A stretch of DNA of 6,125 bases from Candidatus Wukongarchaeum yapensis (GCA_016840425.1 JAEOSI010000142.1:1-6125); one strand, 5' to 3'. Positions 1 through 5,945 are shown, counted from the first letter of the stretch. Made by a program: numbers and translations. The notes: generated from the letters alone by a model not told the origin.

Positions 1-1
1 A

Positions 2-741
2 TTACTGCCTTTGCTAGCCCTTTTGATAACATTAAGCATTATTCCATCGGCACGGGCAACAGATACACGAGAACTGGAACCGGTTGCTGATTCATACGTT
101 AACATCGACCATCCAGACACTAATTACGGTAACTATTCTTGGCTATCTCTTGAGAGCCACTATATGATGGATGAACTTTCATACAATAAATTTGACTTGT
201 CGATCCTTCCAGAAGACGCTGTGATAGAGAAAGTGACGCTATATTTGCACGTAGGTTGGCTTAGCGACCCTGAAGAAGTCATAGTTTGCAATTCTGGTAC
301 AGATTGGTCGGAAATGGAAATAACGTGGAACAATAGACCCGGTTATGAACAAACACCTACTGATATAGTCTACGTAAGTTATGGTGAAAAGTGGTATTCT
401 TAGGATGTGACGGCAGACATTACAACGAATAAGGCTTACTTTTGGGCAATTCTCTTCGACTTACCGACTATACATGGTTGGCCTGATATGGACTTTGACT
501 CATCAGCAGAATGGACGAAGGCTTAAAACCGTACTTGGCCATCGAAGACTCGTATCTTGGAGTTTTAGGTTTTTCGCCTAGCATTTTCACATCGTTAGTA
601 GTGATAGGCGCAATAGTAGTAGTTTTTGCAATGGTGTTTGCGGAAAAACCGTCAGCAGGCCGTTTGAAGTTCGATATTTTGATTTGTGTATTAAAGGCGC
701 AAAAATTATGCGGGAAGAAACGAACTCAAACAAAAATGTAA
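2..741 (+). pseudogene. Disrupted secreted/membrane-anchored DNRLRE-domain (CBM96-like) surface protein; 5' end lies outside the window
   Basis: The frame is open from position 2 (LLPLLALLITLSIIPSARA, signal-peptide-like). Family motifs follow: ADSYV..HPDTNYG, SY.KFDLSILP..AVIEKVTLYL, DWSEMEITWNNRP. TAG at 401-403 interrupts WYS*DVT, where the family usually has W. The frame continues to DFDSSAEW and stops at TAA 524-526. The closing motif KPYLAIE and a hydrophobic anchor (SIFTSLVVIGAIVVVFAMVF) are in a different frame (511-741). Confidence 0.75.
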
Positions 742-1054
742 AAAAACAGAGAAAAAGGAAAATGGTGAGCCTTATAAAAATGCGGTTAGATATTGGATAA
801 ATAAAATAAATAAGGTTGAGAAAACCTCGAATTTTAAGCCTCAAGAAGCTTTAGGATTTTTAACCAGTTCAAGCAGTAGAGGGTTATTTGTAGTAGTAAT
901 TTTGTGGATAAGCGAAACGAATAATTGGCCTAGAAATATCGTGATACCTGTCATAGTGATAATCGTTCTAATTTTTCCTTTTTTGGAACTTTTTTTAATA
1001 GATTTAAGGAGAAAGGGAAGGAGGCAGTATGAGGAGTTCACGAATACGGTCTGA
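708..1054 (+). pseudogene. Frameshifted (or recoded) small two-TM membrane protein of about 115 aa, not in the ORF track
   Basis: ATG at 708 reads MREETNSNKNVKK and stops at 798-800. The -1 frame is open from 695 to TGA at 1052-1054 without an ATG. Joining at the A7 run (740-746) gives MREETNSNKNVKKTEKKENGEPYKNAVRYWINKINKVEKTSNFKPQEALGFLTSSSSRGLFVVVILWISETNNWPRNIVIPVIVIIVLIFPFLELFLIDLRRKGRRQYEEFTNTV: charged N-terminus, two hydrophobic segments, basic tail. Confidence 0.5.
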
Positions 1055-2101
1055 TGGAAGCCCTGCTTCTATGCCTAACGCAATAGCTCTAAGGTTTCTA
1101 ATCTCGAAATAGACTAAGTTATAGTAACCAGCGATCATTCCAAGGTGTAAAGGTGAAAGTTTGAACTGTTCAATGCTTTTTTCCAGAACCATGCGTTTCA
1201 AGTTATGCTCTAAAGCAAAAAAGCTTCCACTCTCAGCATAACCTCCTCGGAAAGCCTCTATGTAAGGCACATAATCACGGATTTTTAAAAGAAATTGAAA
1301 GGCGTCATCTAAGCTTTCAGAAAGGATAACCTCCTCTAATAAGCTTTCAGAAACGTTGTAATAAATAGGGATTAAATATCGTTTTATATCTTTTAAGTCT
1401 ATACCAAGGCTCTTACAACGGAAAATGGTTACTATGTTTTGAGCATCAATTTCTGAACCAACGAGTATGCTAACCCTTTCTCTTTCACTTTTACCCAGCT
1501 TTTGAACGTATTCCCATAGAATAGGGAACACGAAATAATCAATTGCAGTTTCCCATTCTACAATCTCTGAAGCTTCAAGTAATCCTTTTTTATAAACCTC
1601 TCTTAAGGAAGGATAATATTTGCGAGCGTTTATTTTTATAACCTCTAGAAACTCTTCAAAAGAAGTAGCACTAGTAATCCTAGAAAGAACTTCCTGAGTA
1701 AAAATGCCGACAGGAATTACCGAGGATAAAACTTCTTCTGGATCTATTTTACTGAGAAATCCTCGGATAACGGCTTTCAAAGTCTCGGCTTCAAATTTTG
1801 TCAAGAACTGGTCTAAAAAGTCTCTGACTATGCCTGTAGAAACTTTCATTATTTGCAAAACACTTGAGAAGAAATGTTGGGATAGGGCGCTCTCAATGGA
1901 GTTAGCAGATAATTTATCTGCTTCAATTTTTAGGAGCTCTTCGCGATAAGGAGTAATATCTAAGAAGGAAACAAGTTCTCCAAGGGAACGCATCTCAGCT
2001 AAACTACGCAGATCCCAAGGAGATAATAATTTTGCCTTCCTAACTGCAATTTTAGAAAGGGTGTAACCATGACTAATTAGGTAACTAAACGAACTTGGCA
2101 T
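1004..2101 (-). CDS. atpC: A/V-type ATP synthase subunit C (homolog of V0 subunit d)
   Basis: 365 aa ORF. N-terminal GYTLSKIAVRKAKLL...LGELVSFLDITPY, central KFEAETLKAVIRG and DAQNIVTIFRCKSLG, and C-terminal EIRNLRAIALGIEAGLPSDRIRELLI are typical of AtpC/NtpC. It lies downstream of atpI-atpK and has an SD-like GGAGTGG 6 nt before the ATG. Confidence 0.93.
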   Translation of the reverse strand: MPSSFSYLISHGYTLSKIAVRKAKLLSPWDLRSLAEMRSLGELVSFLDITPYREELLKIEADKLSANSIESALSQHFFSSVLQIMKVSTGIVRDFLDQFLTKFEAETLKAVIRGFLSKIDPEEVLSSVIPVGIFTQEVLSRITSATSFEEFLEVIKINARKYYPSLREVYKKGLLEASEIVEWETAIDYFVFPILWEYVQKLGKSERERVSILVGSEIDAQNIVTIFRCKSLGIDLKDIKRYLIPIYYNVSESLLEEVILSESLDDAFQFLLKIRDYVPYIEAFRGGYAESGSFFALEHNLKRMVLEKSIEQFKLSPLHLGMIAGYYNLVYFEIRNLRAIALGIEAGLPSDRIRELLILPPSLSP

Positions 2102-2107
2102 ATTAAA

Positions 2108-2114
2108 CCACTCC
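2108..2114 (-). promoter_or_regulatory. Shine-Dalgarno site of atpC
   Basis: Minus strand reads GGAGTGG-TTTAAT-ATG(2101). Confidence 0.7.
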
Positions 2115-2130
2115 AGGTATATAGTTAATA

Positions 2131-2184
2131 GAAGAAAAGAAAAAAATTCGAGAGCGCTACAGCAGGCAAAGCCGCGTCAGCGCT
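2131..2184 (-). terminator. GC-rich hairpin plus U-tract between atpK and atpC (terminator/attenuator or mRNA stability element)
   Basis: Minus-strand RNA AGCGCU-G-AC-GC-GGC-UUU-GCC-U-GC-U-GU-AGCGCU (2184-2153) folds to 13 bp with three single-base bulges. It is followed by CUCGAAUUUUUUUCUUUUCUUC (to 2131). Confidence 0.6.
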
Positions 2185-2195
2185 ATAAGTGAAAG

Positions 2196-2678
2196 TTATG
2201 GCAAAGAAGAAACCATTAGGAAACTTATGATTAAGCCGTAAATTGCTAGTGCTTCGCTAAGAACCACCGGAATCAAACTCATAACGAATAGGTCAGGGTC
2301 TTCTGCTGTAGCTTTAGCGTTGCTACTACCAGCATATCCGATAGCTATACCCGCAAAAAGTGCAGCAAACCCCATAGTTAACCCAGCCCACATCAGGGCA
2401 GGAGCACCGTTTTTAAATTCCTCGGAAGCGACATCATCAGGAAAGTATCCAGTATACCATGAGAGCCCTAAGAAAGCTATTATGAGGCCATATATTCCAA
2501 GTGCTTCAGCTAAGACAGTGCTGATTATCATTTTCGACGATTGCTCTTTTCTCTCGGTCATAGAGCCGCCAATTGAGGGGGATGAAAGCCCGATACCAAA
2601 AGCTGCTCCAGCTAAACTTAAAAATATGGCTGCACTAATGCCTACAGCTCCTTGAACAATCGGATCACCAAACACCAT
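2196..2678 (-). CDS. atpK: A/V-type ATP synthase proteolipid subunit K/c, duplicated four-TM form
   Basis: 160 aa with four hydrophobic helices in two hairpin repeats: VLAE58ALGIYGLII and VLSE142ALAIYGLII. Gly/Ala-rich helices 1 and 3. Located between atpI and atpC. Confidence 0.96.
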   Translation of the reverse strand: MVFGDPIVQGAVGISAAIFLSLAGAAFGIGLSSPSIGGSMTERKEQSSKMIISTVLAEALGIYGLIIAFLGLSWYTGYFPDDVASEEFKNGAPALMWAGLTMGFAALFAGIAIGYAGSSNAKATAEDPDLFVMSLIPVVLSEALAIYGLIISFLMVSSLP

Positions 2679-2684
2679 ATTTAA

Positions 2685-2693
2685 CCAACTCCT
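2685..2693 (-). promoter_or_regulatory. Shine-Dalgarno site of atpK
   Basis: Minus strand reads AGGAGTTGG-TTAAAT-ATG(2678). Confidence 0.65.
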
Positions 2694-2750
2694 ACTTAAT
2701 TATTCATTACATATACCATTTTTTTGATTACTTTGAAATCAATAAATTAG

Positions 2751-4955
2751 TTACTTAATTGCGGTAAATTCACGCTTAATAGTAAAGGGTTCATATTTGT
2801 ATCCATCAAAATTCAAACCCAATTTGCTGAAAAACTCGACCCACTGTAACCTGAGGCTGTGCAAGAGCGAAACCAAGGTTTCCAGCACGATGACTAGGAT
2901 GTTTCCGATGAGGAGGATTGGGACGCTTACAGGGGTTATTCCTTCTCCAGCCATTTCTATGAAAACAGCCATGAGTGTGATGTGGGCAAGGTTTAAAGCG
3001 AAAAGCCGTATATAACTTGCGGTGTTCCCAATACTACTTAGAGTCCCTTCAACAGCCTCTATAGCAGAATGACCTAAAGCAATTTTAGCCATTGCAGCAT
3101 CGCGATATAAGAGGATTTCTGCTATTCCTACGCCAAAAAACATCCCTAAGAGGCTAAGTATAGCAACATAAAACAATGGGGTGCCCGTTAAAATATTCAT
3201 GAAGGTATTAATAGCTCCTTCATGATCTTTATCAAAAAGCTCCCAATATCCTTCAAGATCCACAAGAGACCAGAGAATTAAAACCCCTAAAACTCCAAAA
3301 GTACTGGCATAAAAGACGAGCCAGCTAATGGAACCCACGACTTCTGCAAACTCGCCCTGTTTAATCTTATTATAAACATTTAACACAAGGCCGATCAATA
3401 TATGAATGACTCCTATGACAATAGCAAGTTTAATTTTAAACTTGTTAAATTGTGTTTCATCATGTTCTACCAGATGAAACATCTTTTCGCTTAGCATGTA
3501 ACGCATTAGTGGAAAATGCTTTTTAGTACTGGGTATTTTTTCGGTGAGATGATATCCAAAAATTTCGCCGAAAAAGAAACCGAAAAATATAGAAAAGATT
3601 CCGCAAAGAATAATAGCCTCTGCACCATTAAAGATCATTTTACCTATATCGCCCTTAATTTTCTTCGTTTTTCTAACATGTAGGGCCCATAAACCAACGA
3701 GTAAAAGAATAAGACCATGGCCTACATCAGGAAACATTATGCCAAAAAATATGGGGAAAGATAGTGCGACGAAAATACCAGGATTGATCTCGCGATGGGA
3801 GGGTACACCATAAGCATTAACGATTCCTTGAAAGGGTTGTATCATAGAAGGGAACTTGAAGTTGGAAGGAGGGGGGTCATTTTCGCCTTCATCATGACCA
3901 TGTTTTCCAGGATTGTTAGAAGAAGAAACGCTTTTTTCTTCTTTTTGAGAGTGGTTTTTATGCTTGGAAAAACCATTCCCTTTTAAAGCGATCATGGTAA
4001 CAGTGCCATAGGTGATTTCTTCAATCGATTTCTTTAAATCATCAAGGTTTTCTTCGGGAACCCAACCTTCGATCATTAAAGTTTTTTCTGTGCGGCCAAA
4101 CTTTTCCCTGCCTTCAGCTTTAATCCTTTCGATTTCTACAGCTTCTTTTAAAACGCACAGTTCTTTTCCTTTTTCCTTTGCTATTGATTCTAATGAAGCT
4201 TCAAGCTCCATGAGACGTTTTTCATCTTCTTTAAGCTTCTTTTCTATTTCTGGTAAAACTTTGTTAGGATCTGCATCAAACTCGTCTACAGGTTTTAGTT
4301 CTTGAAAATCAAAAAGGGAAAGGTTTTTCTGCACAATTCCTTTAAAAGGGGATAAAGAACTAATAAGAACGACTTGTCTTTCAGCAAATTCTTTCCCTTT
4401 TAGGAGGAGGATGTTGTTATAAGTGTCTTTACTTAATTTCTTTTCTAATTCTGGAAGTAAACGTGAGGGAGCTGTTCCGAAAAAAACTGCTAACATGGAA
4501 GTAGAACGAATTTCATAAGCAGTTATTTTAAAAGAGAGAAGGGCTTCATAAACGCGTTTAAGTTTGCTTAAACGTTCAGATTCTTCCTTAAGCGAATTGA
4601 TATTGGAAATGATTTTTTCAGTTTCCTTTTTAATTTTAGTAACCCTCTCTGCGAGATGATCAATCATTTGTTTTGGAGGTAAACGCTCAAAAACTTCACA
4701 AGAATCAACTATAACACTTTCTTCGTCCATGGCTAGGAGATCAAACGTATTTTTAACGTCTTTAAGGATTTCATTGGCTCTTCTTAAAGCATAAAATTCT
4801 TCCTTAGGCCTAACTTCGCCTTTATAAAGGCTAAGCTTTTTTCGTAGATCTGAAAGGTGTAAAACACCTTTTGCGGAGAGCATGTCGACAACATCTTCAA
4901 CATATTTTTCCAGCACTAATAGTTGGATTTTTACCATTGGTTCGGCGTATAACAT
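2751..4955 (-). CDS. atpI: A/V-type ATP synthase subunit I (subunit a)
   Basis: 734 aa. Soluble coiled-coil N-half with IEGWVP, then PFQGIVNAYGVPSHREINP, FPIFFGIMFPDVGHG, the essential-Arg motif NTASYIRLFALNLAH (Arg codon 3006-3008) and C-terminal HSLRLQWVEFFSK...GYKYEPF. Confidence 0.97.
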   Translation of the reverse strand: MLYAEPMVKIQLLVLEKYVEDVVDMLSAKGVLHLSDLRKKLSLYKGEVRPKEEFYALRRANEILKDVKNTFDLLAMDEESVIVDSCEVFERLPPKQMIDHLAERVTKIKKETEKIISNINSLKEESERLSKLKRVYEALLSFKITAYEIRSTSMLAVFFGTAPSRLLPELEKKLSKDTYNNILLLKGKEFAERQVVLISSLSPFKGIVQKNLSLFDFQELKPVDEFDADPNKVLPEIEKKLKEDEKRLMELEASLESIAKEKGKELCVLKEAVEIERIKAEGREKFGRTEKTLMIEGWVPEENLDDLKKSIEEITYGTVTMIALKGNGFSKHKNHSQKEEKSVSSSNNPGKHGHDEGENDPPPSNFKFPSMIQPFQGIVNAYGVPSHREINPGIFVALSFPIFFGIMFPDVGHGLILLLVGLWALHVRKTKKIKGDIGKMIFNGAEAIILCGIFSIFFGFFFGEIFGYHLTEKIPSTKKHFPLMRYMLSEKMFHLVEHDETQFNKFKIKLAIVIGVIHILIGLVLNVYNKIKQGEFAEVVGSISWLVFYASTFGVLGVLILWSLVDLEGYWELFDKDHEGAINTFMNILTGTPLFYVAILSLLGMFFGVGIAEILLYRDAAMAKIALGHSAIEAVEGTLSSIGNTASYIRLFALNLAHITLMAVFIEMAGEGITPVSVPILLIGNILVIVLETLVSLLHSLRLQWVEFFSKLGLNFDGYKYEPFTIKREFTAIK

Positions 4956-4960
4956 TTGGA

Positions 4961-4966
4961 CACCTC
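4961..4966 (-). promoter_or_regulatory. Shine-Dalgarno site of atpI
   Basis: Minus strand reads GAGGTG-TCCAA-ATG(4955), an archaeal-type SD. Confidence 0.8.
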
Positions 4967-4990
4967 ATCTCGCCTAGGAACAGATTTAGG

Positions 4991-5013
4991 GGCTTAGTTA
5001 AAGCCTTTTTGAC
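4991..5013 (-). promoter_or_regulatory. Candidate BRE/TATA promoter of the atpI-K-C unit, overlapped by a short inverted repeat
   Basis: Minus strand reads GTCAAAAAGGC-TTTAACTAAGCC: a purine run then a TTTAA box about 45 nt upstream of the ATG. GGCTT-N5-AAGCC (4991-5005) is an inverted repeat. Other AT-rich boxes upstream are equally possible. Confidence 0.3.
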
Positions 5014-5186
5014 AAAATGGGGATGGGAACAATCTATTATAATTGCTTTTATTTGACATATATCTATTTTACCGGTATAAAGGATGAATCTTTTTAGAAT
5101 AGTGTAAAACACTATTTTTAATATTTATGGATAACCATTCTGAGTATAAAAAATAGAAATACAAATATTGATTAAGAAAAATTGAT

Positions 5187-5219
5187 AAACGCGATCAAGA
5201 ATAAAACGCTCAAGAATAA
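5187..5219 (+). repeat. Imperfect tandem duplication just upstream of the AtpZ-like gene
   Basis: AAACGCGATCAAGAATA (5187-5203) is followed directly by AAACGCTCAAGAATA (5204-5218). TCAAGAATAA is exact at 5195-5204 and 5210-5219. Confidence 0.7.
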
Positions 5220-5237
5220 TTTAAAAGAGTGATAAAA

Positions 5238-5570
5238 ATGGGCGAAAACGAAGAAAACAAAGAAGAAACTTCTGGTGAAAGTATTATCGATAAAGAAGTT
5301 ATGGCAGCAATAAAAAGAAAAACGGAACTAAGGGAAGAAGAACAAAGAACAAGTAGGTTTATGGAAAGACCAGGAAGAGAGATATCGGATGCCCTTTATT
5401 ATGGTACGAGTATACCTATATTGTCGGTAGTTGGAGCGCTTATAGGGTGGTATTTAACTCGGGATTCGAGCGCAACTTTAAAAGTTTTAGGCGTCGCAGG
5501 CGGAGCCATTCTTGGACTATTATGGGGATTATTTGAAATAATCAGAAAAGAACAGAAAAAAAGCTACTAA
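5238..5570 (+). CDS. AtpZ/AtpI-like (ATPase_gene1-type) two-TM membrane protein, about 110 aa
   Basis: Acidic/charged N-terminus, then helix GTSIPILSVVGALIGWYL, a short loop, helix VLGVAGGAILGLLWGLFEII and a basic tail RKEQKK. The Gly spacing resembles the AtpZ family, and the gene is flanked by ATPase genes. ATG 5238 is preferred over GTG 5229 because GAGTGA (5227-5232) fits as its SD. Confidence 0.65.
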   Translation: MGENEENKEETSGESIIDKEVMAAIKRKTELREEEQRTSRFMERPGREISDALYYGTSIPILSVVGALIGWYLTRDSSATLKVLGVAGGAILGLLWGLFEIIRKEQKKSY

Positions 5571-5693
5571 AAATGAAGAAGGAAAAGTCCAGGATAGTTT
5601 TTAATAGAGATAAAATTGCGGCTAAACTTGTTATTTAACACTTTTTTAAATTCCTGATCTCTGCGGATTTTTTGATTTATAGTAACTGCGGGA

Positions 5694-5716
5694 GGGGAAT
5701 ATTTCCCTGTTTTTTG
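5694..5716 (+). terminator. Possible terminator for the plus-strand transcript
   Basis: GGGGAA-TAT-TTCCCT short hairpin (5694-5708) followed by GTTTTTT. Confidence 0.3.
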
Positions 5717-5813
5717 GGTTTTTATTCGCGATTTTCTGAGCAGTTATGAATTGAAAAAAAAACAGTTTTTGGAATTTTAAAGACTAATAAAATTGTTTTT
5801 TGTGGACCATTAT

Positions 5814-5862
5814 AAAAAAGTTAGAGGAAGGATCCGAGGCGGTTGTAAGAAGCTCGAATCCT
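5814..5862 (-). terminator. Hairpin plus U-tract downstream of the second proteolipid gene
   Basis: Minus-strand RNA AGGAUUCGAG-N14-CUCGGAUCCU (5862-5829) pairs 10/10 with one G-U wobble; on the plus strand this would be a C-A mismatch. Followed by UCCUCUAAC-UUUUUU (5819-5814). It starts 84 nt after the stop codon. Confidence 0.6.
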
Positions 5863-5945
5863 AGAACATAAATAAAATATAATAAAGGTTCGGAAAAGAT
5901 TGGTTATTTTAGCCACTTAGATGAGATCGAACAACAGCGTAGCGA

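Noticed and set aside
11-403. ORF-track 130-aa protein as a complete gene
   Set aside because: The frame is open to the window edge upstream, and the domain continues past the TAG; treated as part of a disrupted gene.
511-741. 76-aa ORF as an independent gene
   Set aside because: It carries the terminal PxLxI motif and anchor of the upstream DNRLRE protein; it is a frameshifted fragment.
587-844. 85-aa minus-strand ORF
   Set aside because: Antisense to A-rich plus-strand sequence, which makes it look hydrophobic; no SD or family motif.
841-1041. 66-aa minus-strand ORF as a fourth operon gene (e.g. subunit F or e)
   Set aside because: No resemblance to AtpF; starts inside atpC without an SD; the opposite strand gives a more protein-like two-TM reading. 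Not fully excluded.
1704-1949. 81-aa plus-strand ORF
   Set aside because: Antisense shadow of atpC.
2118-2130. TATTAACTATATA as an internal atpC promoter
   Set aside because: Too close to the SD and ATG for a leadered transcript; such boxes are common in AT-rich spacers.
2320-2655. 111-aa plus-strand ORF
   Set aside because: Antisense shadow of the Gly/Ala-rich atpK.
2797-4305. Plus-strand ORFs 2797-3015, 3795-3986 and 4012-4305
   Set aside because: Antisense shadows of atpI with no recognisable motifs.
4871-5112. ORFs 4871-5056 (+) and 4897-5112 (-), the latter as a possible subunit H/G
   Set aside because: Both overlap the atpI start and SD; neither has the charged coiled-coil composition of subunit H/G.
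5229-5237. GTG start for the AtpZ-like gene
   Set aside because: The GTG is part of the GAGTGA SD-like motif; ATG 5238 has the correct spacing.
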